The notes: a model not told the origin generated them from the sequence alone. A stretch of DNA of 64,000 nucleotides from a virus (IMGVR_UViG_3300028883_000992:1-64000); one strand, 5' to 3'. Positions 1 to 10,072 are shown, counted from the first letter of the stretch. Numbers and translations: made by a program.

Positions 1-116
1 CCAGAATTTTCTGGTATATCTATACACATAATGGAGGGTAGTAAAAATGCAATAGATGATCAATATTTTATTACAACTTTAACAATGATTTTACTATCAT
101 AATTGGAGGTATAAAA

Positions 117-602
117 ATGAAAAGAAATGATAAACACTACAACAAAATTGTAGCACGTGTAGATAATGAATATTATGTGCTTCAATATACTTTTGAACAT
201 GATGACGGTTTCAAAGGTGCTGTAGGTTCTGTATTTTATCCCATTACGAAAAATTGTTACGATTGGGATAATGATATAGAAAACCTAAAAGAGCGCATGA
301 TATACCGTTATTTGTCTATAAAAAGAGATAAATATGGTAATTTCTCTGAAGATGATATAGACGAAAATGATTTTACAGATTGGTGCGAAAACTTGGAGGA
401 TGAGGACATTTACGATCTTTCATATTTTGATATAGGAATGGAAGTTGCGAAACTTTACGAATCTGAATCAGGCGAAATGACTGTATTTTCTGAATGTATA
501 GGTGGAGGTAGATGTTTTGATCCTGATACTTCCTATACTGAAATTTATGAACCTGAACTTATGGAAATCATAAATAAACTTGAAGGGAAAGTAAAATGTT
601 AG
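117..602 (+). CDS. Hypothetical acidic early protein
   Basis: 161-aa ORF with GGAGG RBS upstream; overlaps the next gene. Confidence 0.7.
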   Translation: MKRNDKHYNKIVARVDNEYYVLQYTFEHDDGFKGAVGSVFYPITKNCYDWDNDIENLKERMIYRYLSIKRDKYGNFSEDDIDENDFTDWCENLEDEDIYDLSYFDIGMEVAKLYESESGEMTVFSECIGGGRCFDPDTSYTEIYEPELMEIINKLEGKVKC

Positions 603-919
603 CAAGAGGTTTTCAAAAAAATGTAAAAGAAATTTGGCCTGACAAAGCTAAAGCAATTATAGCAATTTGCAAGTCTGCTCATGGTTACGAAGAAATTGAT
701 AATGCTTTAGAAGCTGTCAATTCTTTAATTAATGGTAATGGTGTTGAATCTCTATATAGTAACGAATGGATTCCGCATTATTTAGATATTGGACTTTTAT
801 ACGTTAATATGGGTGATACATACGAAATTACCGTTATTTTCGATACAGTAAATAAAGAATTTTTGTGTACATCATGGGGAGACATGGTTGAAAATGATAT
901 GAAAAGATTTGATTATTAA
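596..919 (+). CDS. Hypothetical phage protein (LYVNMGDTYE..SWGD motif)
   Basis: ORF in the early operon, coupled by overlap. Confidence 0.7.
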   Translation: MLARGFQKNVKEIWPDKAKAIIAICKSAHGYEEIDNALEAVNSLINGNGVESLYSNEWIPHYLDIGLLYVNMGDTYEITVIFDTVNKEFLCTSWGDMVENDMKRFDY

Positions 920-953
920 ACAAAACTCAAACATTTAACAAAGGAAGTAAACA

Positions 954-1361
954 ATGAAATTGTATCAAGAATTAGCTGAAAAAGTACAACAATATTATGA
1001 ACTTGATAGTTGTCCAACACCGAATATAAGAGGGGAAAGTGTAAATGATTTAAAAATAGGTGTAAGAAATTACATCTCAGAACTATGTCAAAAAATTCAT
1101 GGCTCAGGTATCAAAAATTGTGATGTTGATATACTTGGTAGCACACGTAATTTTTTACAAATTACTGGTGAGATTACATTTAGATTCGATGTTAATGAAG
1201 AAACAGCATATTTTATGGTAATGGTTGAACCAGATTTAATTCGTTGCATTAATGTTAGTATGGTAGACACCTTAAAACATGAATGTGGCAGTTATTTTCT
1301 GGACAATATCATTAAATCCACAATTTATAAATGTTTAATGAAGGAGGTAAATGATGAATGA
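954..1361 (+). CDS. Hypothetical protein
   Basis: ORF with AAGGA RBS. Confidence 0.65.
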   Translation: MKLYQELAEKVQQYYELDSCPTPNIRGESVNDLKIGVRNYISELCQKIHGSGIKNCDVDILGSTRNFLQITGEITFRFDVNEETAYFMVMVEPDLIRCINVSMVDTLKHECGSYFLDNIIKSTIYKCLMKEVNDE

Positions 1362-1617
1362 AAACGAAAGAAAAGAAACACAAATTTTATTGCAAGGCAT
1401 TGAAATAGGGTTAAAAATAGCTCAAAAACTTGCATGTGACCTTAATTCTCATATAGAGAATATAGTTAACGATGTAAAAACACAAAGAACAGATATAATG
1501 GAAAATAAAGACAAAATTGGGTTTAATAAAACTGATTTTGAAAACTATAATCCATACTCTCTTATAAGAGGATATTATTCTTTGTTACACATGAATAAAG
1601 AGGTAAATGATGACTAA
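1351..1617 (+). CDS. Hypothetical protein
   Basis: AGGAGG RBS, overlapping ORF. Confidence 0.65.
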   Translation: MMNENERKETQILLQGIEIGLKIAQKLACDLNSHIENIVNDVKTQRTDIMENKDKIGFNKTDFENYNPYSLIRGYYSLLHMNKEVNDD

Positions 1618-1894
1618 AAACAACACTGTTGTTATTCACCACAGAAACGGTGATACTGGTGTAATTTTACACCAAACTGAAATTGTAAGATTTAATAAAA
1701 ATCGCATAATCTTAAACACAGGAGGATATGATACTGCAACAACAAAAAAACGTATGAATGAAGTTTCACAAGAATTTAATTTGGGCTATGAAGTCTATCA
1801 GTCAGATCATACTTGGTATATTTATTATGATGGAGAAGCCCACAAATTTGAATATTGTAAGAAAAATGAAGAATTTATAATTGTGAGGAAATAA
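1607..1894 (+). CDS. Conserved-looking phage early protein (LNTGGYxTxTTKKRMN motif)
   Basis: GAGG RBS; motif recalled from phage early genes. Confidence 0.65.
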   Translation: MMTKNNTVVIHHRNGDTGVILHQTEIVRFNKNRIILNTGGYDTATTKKRMNEVSQEFNLGYEVYQSDHTWYIYYDGEAHKFEYCKKNEEFIIVRK

Positions 1895-2283
1895 TGGAAG
1901 TTATAAGAACTGAAAGAGGATGGGCAGGACATTTTATTTGTTCAAATCGCTGTCAGTTTAGAAGAAACACATTATTGGAGTGTGAAAACATTAAAATAGT
2001 TGTGTCAACAGTGGGACTAGTGACAGGTTTTAAGGATAAATCTAAATATGCAAAAATAGGAATGGATCATTATTATGAAACTAAGGCTTTTCATGCCCAA
2101 GAACAGGATGGCTATTATGATATAGATGTATCACAGGAAATCTATTTTGATTCTAATTGTCAAATAAATGACATATATGTGGAATCAGATTTAGATGCTA
2201 ATGATATGCACGAAATTGTAGTAGCAGAAATAACAAAAAAACTTGAAAATGGTGAACAATTTGAAGTGGAGGTATTAGATTAA
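1894..2283 (+). CDS. Hypothetical phage protein (ERGWAGHFIC..CxFRRNT)
   Basis: TAATG coupling with the upstream gene. Confidence 0.7.
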   Translation: MEVIRTERGWAGHFICSNRCQFRRNTLLECENIKIVVSTVGLVTGFKDKSKYAKIGMDHYYETKAFHAQEQDGYYDIDVSQEIYFDSNCQINDIYVESDLDANDMHEIVVAEITKKLENGEQFEVEVLD

Positions 2284-2284
2284 A

Positions 2285-2851
2285 ATGGATACTCTTGTAA
2301 CAAAAGAAAAACATAGTGATTTTGACATTGAAATTCATTTTGATGAATGTCCTGAATCTCCGAGAGAATGGGATAATTTAGGCCATATTGTTTATTGGTC
2401 TGACCGCTATAATTTAGGAGATGAACGTATTTATGATGTTGATGAATTTTTAAAGGAACATAAAGACGATATTGTTCTAAAAGTCTACGCTTATATTCAT
2501 TCTGGTATAGCTCTTAGAACGGCTCCATTTGATTGTTTACCTGCATTTCATGCACAATTTGACAGTGGACACAGTGGCTTTATATACGTATCTAAAGAGG
2601 ACGTTCTAAAAGAATATGGCAACCTATCAGATGAAACCATAGAGAGAGTAAAAAACTGTTTACAGGGAGAAATTGAGACTTTTAGTAAATACCTAAATGG
2701 AGAAGTTTATGGTTTTATAATTAAAATTGGAGAAAATATTATTGACAGTTGTTGGGGATTTGATGATTATGATTATTGTCTTTCTGAAGCACGTTCTATA
2801 GCAAAATTTGAAACAATGGAAAAAATAAGGGAAACACATAACGTAATTTAA
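2285..2851 (+). CDS. Hypothetical phage protein (SPREWDNLG..HSG..GEVYG family)
   Basis: GGAGG RBS; motif typical of early/leading-region genes of mobile elements. Confidence 0.7.
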   Translation: MDTLVTKEKHSDFDIEIHFDECPESPREWDNLGHIVYWSDRYNLGDERIYDVDEFLKEHKDDIVLKVYAYIHSGIALRTAPFDCLPAFHAQFDSGHSGFIYVSKEDVLKEYGNLSDETIERVKNCLQGEIETFSKYLNGEVYGFIIKIGENIIDSCWGFDDYDYCLSEARSIAKFETMEKIRETHNVI

Positions 2852-2945
2852 AGGAGTATATTATGTTACCGACATTAACTGAGCTACTTATTAGTGAAAA
2901 GCTAAAAACAGATGCAATTATGAAAAAAATTAAGAAGGATAAAAA

Positions 2946-3359
2946 ATGATAAAATATACTAATCTTGGTCAAAATATATCTGATAGAATGGTTTACCTAC
3001 GTTCTACAGATGTTGAACAACTTAATTACCATAGGTTGTTATGGTCTATACCAGATGAAATATTGTATTTTTTATCAAAAGGAGAAACAATTGTTATTGA
3101 AGACATATCTTCTAATAAAGGAAAAATAGAACATATTTTTATTCCTGTGTTAATAGATGTGTTAAATCACATGTATAACATATGTGAACCTATAGCTAAA
3201 AGATTAAAGGAGCATTATATTAAGGCTTATATCGCCCTTGAAAAGGATCGTCATTTATCTAAAAAATATATGTTTTGGAAAGGACGTATTAATGAAATAA
3301 AAATAATAGGTAAAACCATTCACGTAAACAAAGAACCTAACACTATTTATGGAGACTAA
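2946..3359 (+). CDS. Hypothetical protein
   Basis: 137-aa ORF with RBS. Confidence 0.65.
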   Translation: MIKYTNLGQNISDRMVYLRSTDVEQLNYHRLLWSIPDEILYFLSKGETIVIEDISSNKGKIEHIFIPVLIDVLNHMYNICEPIAKRLKEHYIKAYIALEKDRHLSKKYMFWKGRINEIKIIGKTIHVNKEPNTIYGD

Positions 3360-3361
3360 AA

Positions 3362-3706
3362 ATGACAAAAGATGAAATTCTGAATGAAATTGAATCTCTG
3401 GAAAATGATAAGGATAATATTCAGAGAGAAATTAATGATTTGGAACTTGATCCAGACGAATATGAAGATCAATATGATGATTTTCTTTTTGAAGTTTATG
3501 GTTATGTTAATTTAGGTGCAGAATATCATCCTGCTGATGTTTTAAGAGAAATTGATCCTACAGCATATCGTTGTGGTCTTAATGATTATGTTAATTCTAT
3601 TGATATTACAGAAACAATAGAATATCGTGAACTTCAAGATGAACTTGAAGATATTGAAAACCAAATTATTGACCTTAAAGAACAACTGGAAGAATATGAA
3701 GATTAG
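3362..3706 (+). CDS. Highly acidic protein, possible DNA mimic
   Basis: 38 of 114 residues are D/E versus 7 K/R; GGAG RBS. The mimic function is inference. Confidence 0.6.
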   Translation: MTKDEILNEIESLENDKDNIQREINDLELDPDEYEDQYDDFLFEVYGYVNLGAEYHPADVLREIDPTAYRCGLNDYVNSIDITETIEYRELQDELEDIENQIIDLKEQLEEYED

Positions 3707-3714
3707 AGGATAAT

Positions 3715-3924
3715 ATGGATGCAAATTTTAATATTGTTAAAGTTTACGAAGTTCTTAACGAAATGGAACCTTCAATGAAACTTATGGAATTTATAGACTC
3801 TCAAACTTTTGGAGATACTTTCATATTGAACTCAGAAACAGCAGAAAAAGTTGATGAAATGGATACTCAAGAACGGTTCCAACTTATGATGTTAATTTTA
3901 AACCTATGGAGAAACAATGATTAA
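3715..3924 (+). CDS. Hypothetical protein
   Basis: ORF with GAGG RBS. Confidence 0.6.
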   Translation: MDANFNIVKVYEVLNEMEPSMKLMEFIDSQTFGDTFILNSETAEKVDEMDTQERFQLMMLILNLWRNND

Positions 3925-4168
3925 TCAAATTAAACAACTGGCTGAAAAAAATGGTTATGAAACTATTTTTACACATAATGGGTATTGTTTCCAAAAAAAT
4001 ACTGGAGTAAGTACAATTGAAATAAAAGTGCAATCAGCAGGTATGATAACAAACTGGAACAATGAGAGCGAATTGTTGGATCAATATAGACAAGCATGGT
4101 TAAACATAGAACTTCTAACAATAGGGGAAATTTATGAGTATCTCAAAAGGGAACAAATGGTGGATTAA
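3917..4168 (+). CDS. Hypothetical protein
   Basis: ORF with GGAG RBS. Confidence 0.6.
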   Translation: MINQIKQLAEKNGYETIFTHNGYCFQKNTGVSTIEIKVQSAGMITNWNNESELLDQYRQAWLNIELLTIGEIYEYLKREQMVD

Positions 4169-4238
4169 ATGGCTTGTTATAGTTCTTTGTATATACAATA
4201 TCGGACTGCTAATAAGCTATTTAATATTAAGGAGTTAA
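4134..4238 (+). CDS. Small single-TM peptide (34 aa, MSISKGNKWWIKWLVIVLCIYNIGLLISYLILRS)
   Basis: Read from sequence, below the ORF-track cutoff; AGGGG RBS; fills the gap to the next gene. Confidence 0.45.
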   Translation: MSISKGNKWWIKWLVIVLCIYNIGLLISYLILRS

Positions 4239-4241
4239 AAA

Positions 4242-4679
4242 ATGTGTAATTTTTTGTCAGGCTATGCCACAAAAAAAGAAATCAAGATTGATCCTTTTGT
4301 TGATTCACATGAGAATCAAATTGAAATCAATGGGGATCAACATCTTGATAAAGATGGAAATCTTGTAAGATTTGAAATTGAACCTAATTTCAAAGATTTC
4401 TTCAATGCCCAAAGTTGGGAATTCAAAAGAGATCAGGATATAATTCCTGATTGGGCAGATTTAAAAGAAATTGAAATAAGTGCTAAAACTAAACTTCAAG
4501 AAATATTAGATTCATGTCCTCAAAATGAGGAAATATCTATAATTTCTAACAGAGTTTTAGCAATAGGCAAATGTACTGTCAGTAAAATGACAGACTTTGC
4601 CATTGTGAGATTTATGTTTAATTCACAAGTGAATAAAATGTTTAATAAAGCTAAAATCATAAATGATTATAGGAGTTAA
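4242..4679 (+). CDS. Hypothetical phage protein (MCNFLSG.. family) with short C-terminal repeat-like tail
   Basis: AAGGAG RBS. Confidence 0.65.
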   Translation: MCNFLSGYATKKEIKIDPFVDSHENQIEINGDQHLDKDGNLVRFEIEPNFKDFFNAQSWEFKRDQDIIPDWADLKEIEISAKTKLQEILDSCPQNEEISIISNRVLAIGKCTVSKMTDFAIVRFMFNSQVNKMFNKAKIINDYRS

Positions 4680-5022
4680 GATGAAAATAAAATTGGGAAC
4701 TTATGATAATGTGTTAGGCACACTTACAGATATATGTAAGGAGAATGATATTAAATATCAAATTGATGTTGATAACATAGGAGATATTGCTTTTAAACTT
4801 ATAACATTACTTAATATGCCTTTTATTAAGTTTAAGGTTGGTGAAAAATTGCATATTGAACTTGATGTTGACCGCATTAAAATTTTTAAAGTTAATGACA
4901 AACTGCTTGAAGTTTCAAATTGGAGTGAAGTTCCTACAAAATATGAAGGTTTTGTGCTATTTGACAATACTTTATATGAAATCAAACAACAGGAGATAGA
5001 TGAAATATGGCACTTGATTTAG
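4663..5022 (+). CDS. Hypothetical protein (start probably 4681)
   Basis: AGGAG RBS precedes the ATG at 4681. Confidence 0.6.
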   Translation: MIIGVKMKIKLGTYDNVLGTLTDICKENDIKYQIDVDNIGDIAFKLITLLNMPFIKFKVGEKLHIELDVDRIKIFKVNDKLLEVSNWSEVPTKYEGFVLFDNTLYEIKQQEIDEIWHLI

Positions 5023-5561
5023 AGTATTATGATAAACAGAAACATAGGCTTGACAAGGGGATTTGTTGGTATAATAAATGCCCGTATCAACCTAATTTTG
5101 TTGGCTTTATGATTTATGGATATAGCAACCTTAAAATCCATTATAGGCTTGCTCAAATAGGTATAAGACACAATCAAGCATACTGGTTTGAGGCTCATAC
5201 AGCCTATTGTGGCGTTGTGCTCTCGTTCCCCTACTTATTTAGTGCCGAGATTCAACAGCAAGCCAAAGAGACTCTAAAAGAGTGGTATCCTTACATTTAC
5301 CAACATCTTTTCAATTGTCGTTTAAAGCCAAGTGATTCACATATTTTAAAAAGGGATAGGTTCTATGAAGAACACAAAGATTCATATATAGGTATATGTT
5401 CATGGAGAATATTTCATAACAATATGCCTACAAACAGATTAAAAGTATTAGCTTTCAGACCATTAGATCAAGACTATCAATATTTTATTACAGATGATTC
5501 ATATTATGATTCATCTAAAATAATGGAAGGTAAACCTGTAAATGATTTTCAAACATGGTGA
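5007..5561 (+). CDS. Hypothetical protein
   Basis: 184-aa ORF. Confidence 0.55.
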   Translation: MALDLEYYDKQKHRLDKGICWYNKCPYQPNFVGFMIYGYSNLKIHYRLAQIGIRHNQAYWFEAHTAYCGVVLSFPYLFSAEIQQQAKETLKEWYPYIYQHLFNCRLKPSDSHILKRDRFYEEHKDSYIGICSWRIFHNNMPTNRLKVLAFRPLDQDYQYFITDDSYYDSSKIMEGKPVNDFQTW

Positions 5562-5847
5562 AAACAAAATGAAAAATTGCAGTAAAAAACTATTTCAAAA
5601 ATTGAAAACTTGTTATGAAGAGCAGGATTATAACAGTGTTTTACAGATAGAATATGAATTACTGCAAATAAGTTTAAAACAAAGTGCAAGATTAGATATT
5701 AAACTTTGTACTGACCCTCTTGTTTTATTTTCTGGAACACATAATCATCCGTCAGAGATAAGAAAATTAGTTGGTATTCCTGAAGACATATTAAACAAAT
5801 CAAACGCCGCTATGAAATTCATAGCAGAAACAAAGAGGTTAAAATGA
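5542..5847 (+). CDS. Hypothetical protein
   Basis: ORF with ATGA overlap to the next gene. Confidence 0.55.
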   Translation: MIFKHGENKMKNCSKKLFQKLKTCYEEQDYNSVLQIEYELLQISLKQSARLDIKLCTDPLVLFSGTHNHPSEIRKLVGIPEDILNKSNAAMKFIAETKRLK

Positions 5848-6140
5848 CATTAAAAGAACATCTTGAAGCAATATACGATATGAACCTTATTTATATCGAA
5901 GAAGAAGACCAATGGTTGTGTTATTCACCTGATTTAGATTTATATGCTTTTAATGGTATGGGTAACACACCTGAAGAAGCCATAAGTAGATTTAATAAAT
6001 GCAAATCAGAGGTTATGGAATATCTTGATAGTATGAATATACTTATTAGAGAGCCACGTAGAAGAAACACACTTATTAGAGAGCCACGTAGAAGAAACAC
6101 AAATGATCTTACGGAGGATTGGAAATGCAAGTCAGAGTAA
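5844..6140 (+). CDS. HicB-like antitoxin-family protein (orphan)
   Basis: WLCYSPDL...GMGNTPEEA...LIREP matches the HicB partial RNase H-fold pattern. Confidence 0.6.
   Translation: MTLKEHLEAIYDMNLIYIEEEDQWLCYSPDLDLYAFNGMGNTPEEAISRFNKCKSEVMEYLDSMNILIREPRRRNTLIREPRRRNTNDLTEDWKCKSE
6041..6100 (+). repeat. Perfect 30-bp tandem duplication (ACTTATTAGAGAGCCACGTAGAAGAAACAC x2)
   Basis: Read directly; duplicates LIREPRRRNT. Confidence 0.95.
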
Positions 6141-6322
6141 TAATGAATGATGGTCAAATTGTTAATTATCAAAATGTTATTGAATTTATTTTAGAACCAG
6201 ATTTATCTTTATTTTCCACAAAGAAGGATATTACTATTAAATATTATGATGAAAAAAATCACAAAAATCATAGTGTTACTTACAATTCAGATGATATTAA
6301 ACAAGCATCATATGTGAGGTAA
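6119..6322 (+). CDS. Hypothetical protein
   Basis: GGAGG RBS upstream. Confidence 0.55.
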   Translation: MEMQVRVIMNDGQIVNYQNVIEFILEPDLSLFSTKKDITIKYYDEKNHKNHSVTYNSDDIKQASYVR

Positions 6323-6323
6323 T

Positions 6324-6500
6324 ATGGAAATTTATAAGTGTATTGAATGTTTAAACTACTATGAAACATTGCCATATTGTAGAATATGTCCTAATTGCAA
6401 TGGTTTTGTAGAAACTTTAACCATGACAAAATCAGAAAAAGAATTCTTAGAATCAGAACTCAAAATTATTATGAAAGGACAAAATGATACTATCATATGA
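6324..6500 (+). CDS. Small zinc-ribbon protein (CIEC..CPNC, 58 aa)
   Basis: Read from sequence; GAGG RBS; two CxxC pairs. Confidence 0.55.
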   Translation: MEIYKCIECLNYYETLPYCRICPNCNGFVETLTMTKSEKEFLESELKIIMKGQNDTII

Positions 6501-8430
6501 TTCTGTATTTTATTGCCAATCTACATATCAAGAACGCTTTATTCCTAAAGATGCAGGATTTAGGTGGGATAAAGATAAAAAAAGGTGGTGGACATCTAAC
6601 ATAGATAAGGCAATAGAACTAAGGGAATATGCCGATAAAGAAACTATAGATATAATAAACCAAAAACTTGAGGAAAAGAATAAACAAATAGATTTATCAA
6701 GAGCTACTAATATTGATATTGACATACCTGTGCCTGAAGGATTGTCATATTTTAATTTCCAAAAAGCAGGTATAAACTATATATCAGATAAAGACAATGT
6801 TTTACTTGCAGATTCTATGGGTCTTGGAAAAAGTATACAAATCGTTGGGTTAATAAATTTTATAGAACAAAAAAGTCAACTTAGTAAAATACTTATTGTT
6901 TGTCCTTCTTCAGTGAAAATTAACTGGAAGAGAGAACTAAATAAGTGGTTAGTTAATAAAAGAAAAATAATTGTTATTAGAAACAAGGAGGTTAATCAAG
7001 ATGCTGACATATACGTAGTTAACTATGATATATTAGGTAAAAGGAAACGTCCTAAAAAAGATGAAAAGATAGAAAAACATAGTTGGTTACAAGATATTGA
7101 ATGGGATATGTTGGTTGTTGATGAAGCTCATATGATCAAAAATCCTAAAGCAATAAGAACAAAATATATACAGAAACTTAAATGTAAAAGACGTTTTTAC
7201 TTAACAGGTACACCTATTGTAAATAACCCCAAAGAACTATTTACCTTACTACAACATCTTGATTTCAAAATGAAGTGGTATGAGTTTATGAACACATTTT
7301 GTGTAAAGAAACAAATATGGGCAGGTAAAGCCAGAGGGCTTATTACAATTTATGAGGATGCACAAAATCTTGACAAGTTAAATAAGGAACTTAGATCAAG
7401 CATTATGTTACGACGATTAAAAAAAGACGTATTGAAAGATTTGCCACCTAAAACAAGGCAAATAATAGTATTTGATTCGGATGATTACCAAGATGTTATT
7501 CAGAATGAATCTGATGCACTTCAGAATGAACAAATAGAAGAATACGAATCTAAAGCATTAGCAAACGAAATACTTAACCAACAAATATATGACTTAAAAG
7601 GAGTCAATGTTGATTTTGAATTAATATCTGAAATCAGACATAAATCTGCGTTAGCTAAACTACCTGAATGTATAACACATATTAAAAATGTGTTAGAGAA
7701 TGAAAACAAGGTGGTTGTATTTGCACATCACAGAGATGTTATCAAAGAACTCCATGAAAATTTTGATAACTCTGTCATATTAATAGGTGGACAATCTGAA
7801 GAAGAAAAACAAAGGTCTATAGACAATTTCCAAAATGATCCTAATGTTAATTTATTTATCGGTTCTATCAAAGCGGCAGGAGTGGGTATAACTTTAACTG
7901 CGGCAAATACATGTATATTTGTTGAATTAGGTTGGACTCCTGCTGAAATGGAACAAGCGGAAGATAGACTTTATCGGATCGGTCAAGAAAATCCTGTACT
8001 TGTTCAACATCTTGTTATTGATAATACGTTAGATGCCAATATCGCTAAAACATTGGTGTATAAACAAGATATTATTGATCGTGCTTTAGACGACAAACAA
8101 TATGAAAAACTTGCACAATATGATCCTATTTTGTGTACACATGAACCATATACATATATAGATTCGCCGCTCATAGAGAACTGTGACATAATTTTAGAAG
8201 CATTAAAATTTTTATCGTCATTATGTGATGGAGCTTCTTCTAAAGATGGACAGGGATTTAATGGTTGTGATACACGTATAGGTAAACATCTGGCATTAAG
8301 GGATAATCTAACATCAAAACAATGTGCTGTAGCAAAGAAGATTTTGAAAAAGTACAAGAGACAATTACCAGAAGAAATATATAACACTATTTATCAAGGA
8401 GAATCTGATGACATTAAAAATATCTCATGA
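6484..8430 (+). CDS. SNF2/HARP-like SF2 helicase
   Basis: LADSMGLGKS (motif I), DEAH, TGTP, GVGITLT, QAEDRLYRIGQ. Confidence 0.92.
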   Translation: MILSYDSVFYCQSTYQERFIPKDAGFRWDKDKKRWWTSNIDKAIELREYADKETIDIINQKLEEKNKQIDLSRATNIDIDIPVPEGLSYFNFQKAGINYISDKDNVLLADSMGLGKSIQIVGLINFIEQKSQLSKILIVCPSSVKINWKRELNKWLVNKRKIIVIRNKEVNQDADIYVVNYDILGKRKRPKKDEKIEKHSWLQDIEWDMLVVDEAHMIKNPKAIRTKYIQKLKCKRRFYLTGTPIVNNPKELFTLLQHLDFKMKWYEFMNTFCVKKQIWAGKARGLITIYEDAQNLDKLNKELRSSIMLRRLKKDVLKDLPPKTRQIIVFDSDDYQDVIQNESDALQNEQIEEYESKALANEILNQQIYDLKGVNVDFELISEIRHKSALAKLPECITHIKNVLENENKVVVFAHHRDVIKELHENFDNSVILIGGQSEEEKQRSIDNFQNDPNVNLFIGSIKAAGVGITLTAANTCIFVELGWTPAEMEQAEDRLYRIGQENPVLVQHLVIDNTLDANIAKTLVYKQDIIDRALDDKQYEKLAQYDPILCTHEPYTYIDSPLIENCDIILEALKFLSSLCDGASSKDGQGFNGCDTRIGKHLALRDNLTSKQCAVAKKILKKYKRQLPEEIYNTIYQGESDDIKNIS

Positions 8431-8632
8431 TTTATTTCAGTTTACAATGGCTATAAAAAGAGCAATATCAGATATGATTAATAAGTCTTTAATTGAAATT
8501 GCAGAAGAACAAAATGTAGAACTTTTAACTACAAAATATTCCTCTGATGTAATTTTAAGAATAAAGGATAGAATAAACAAAGTGTTTAACGATTATATTA
8601 CATATAGCGAGAATAACAGGATAGGAGAATAA
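8408..8632 (+). CDS. Hypothetical protein
   Basis: AAGGAG RBS. Confidence 0.55.
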   Translation: MTLKISHDLFQFTMAIKRAISDMINKSLIEIAEEQNVELLTTKYSSDVILRIKDRINKVFNDYITYSENNRIGE

Positions 8633-9145
8633 ATGAATTTTGATGCAATGTATAAGAAACATCATAGGGAAATAAACGGGTATCTTAAAAAGCATATTTT
8701 TGATGAAGAAGATGCTTTAGAGGTAATACAAGATACTTGGTTTAAAGTATGGAGATTTAAAAATAGTTTTATAGACGACGAAAATAATGGTTTTATAAAA
8801 TGGAGTAAAACGATAGCTAAAAATACTTTTCTTAATTATCTTAGAGCGAAATCAAATAATATAGTTGATAGACAAACATCGTTTGAAACAAGACCGCATA
8901 TTGAAATGGAAGATCACCGCCTTGAAGAAGATAAAATTAAGATAATGAGAAAGAAGGTTGAACTATTTCTAAAAGATGTTGATCCAGAGTTTTCTGAAGC
9001 ATATTTATTATCTGTTTTTAACCATTGTACATATAAGGAAATTAGTGAGATACTTAAAATTCCTGTAGGTACAGTAAAATCACATATAAATCGCGTTAGA
9101 AATTTTATCAGAGAGCATGCGGAGGTATCTGACTTTGCCCCGTAG
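8633..9145 (+). CDS. ECF-type sigma-70 factor
   Basis: Region 2 DALEVIQDTWFKVW..WSKTIAKN; region 4 TYKEISEILKIPVGTVKSHINR. Confidence 0.9.
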   Translation: MNFDAMYKKHHREINGYLKKHIFDEEDALEVIQDTWFKVWRFKNSFIDDENNGFIKWSKTIAKNTFLNYLRAKSNNIVDRQTSFETRPHIEMEDHRLEEDKIKIMRKKVELFLKDVDPEFSEAYLLSVFNHCTYKEISEILKIPVGTVKSHINRVRNFIREHAEVSDFAP

Positions 9146-9195
9146 GTATGCAAAACTTTGCACATTAAAAACTTGGGCTGAGTCCCACTTTTTGC

Positions 9196-9224
9196 TTGAC
9201 AAAAATTTACATTTGTGGTATATT
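9196..9224 (+). promoter_or_regulatory. Sigma70-type promoter TTGACA-N17-TATATT (extended -10 TG) upstream of ArdC
   Basis: Consensus -35, 17-nt spacer, intergenic, followed by RBS. Confidence 0.75.
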
Positions 9225-9253
9225 AACCTTAGATAAGGAGATACAGGAGCATA

Positions 9254-10072
9254 ATGAATCCCTACGAGAAAATCACAGAGGTCTTTGTCAGACACATAGA
9301 CCACGCCATAGAGCACGATACGCCCCTTGTATGGCAAAGAGACTGGACAGCAGACTCCCCACGTTCTTATAACGGGCGTGAATATGCGGGACTGCTTAAT
9401 CAGCTTGTGCTAAATGCTGAAAAAGTAACACATCAATACAAATCTAACATCTGGCTTACTTTTAAGAAAACAAGTGAGTTAGGTGGAAAAGTTAAAAAAG
9501 GTGAAAAATCTACTATTGTCACATTCTGGAAACCTATAACAGTTAAAGAGGATGATGAAGAACGCACAATTCCACTACTCAGATATTACAATGTATTTAA
9601 TGTAGATCAGACAGATATTGAACTTGAATTTGAAGAAGTGGATTTCACAATATTAGATGCAGAACAACTTATTAAAAATTGGAAAGACTGCCCTGATATT
9701 AAAAATCATCCTGAAAAAGCATTTTACAGAGTTGGTGAAGATACGGTTTATATTCCTGACATGTCTCAATTTAAAAGTGCAGAAGGATATTATCAAACAC
9801 TTTTCCATGAGCTTATACACTCAACAGGACATAAAGATAGGCTCAATAGAAGTCTTAAAAATGGATTTGGATCAGAAAAGTACGGGATAGAAGAATTAAT
9901 AGCGGAAATAGGAAGTGCATTTTTGTGTAATAAAACAGGGATTGCACCCAAAATTGACAATTCTATTGCATATTTAAGAGGGTGGCTCAAAGCAGTTAAA
10001 GATGATATAAAAATGATAATCTATGCTTCACAGAGATCACAGAAAGCAGTTAACTACATAATAGGAGATTAG
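9254..10072 (+). CDS. ardC: ArdC-family antirestriction ssDNA-binding protein with zincin-like domain
   Basis: WLTFK..GGKVKKGEK, YNVFNVDQ, FHELIHSTGH, YGIEELIAE. Confidence 0.9.
   Translation: MNPYEKITEVFVRHIDHAIEHDTPLVWQRDWTADSPRSYNGREYAGLLNQLVLNAEKVTHQYKSNIWLTFKKTSELGGKVKKGEKSTIVTFWKPITVKEDDEERTIPLLRYYNVFNVDQTDIELEFEEVDFTILDAEQLIKNWKDCPDIKNHPEKAFYRVGEDTVYIPDMSQFKSAEGYYQTLFHELIHSTGHKDRLNRSLKNGFGSEKYGIEELIAEIGSAFLCNKTGIAPKIDNSIAYLRGWLKAVKDDIKMIIYASQRSQKAVNYIIGD

Noticed and set aside
5050-5075. Perfect TTGACA and TATAAT hexamers
   Set aside because: The spacer is only 14 nt and the site lies inside an ORF; not called as a promoter.
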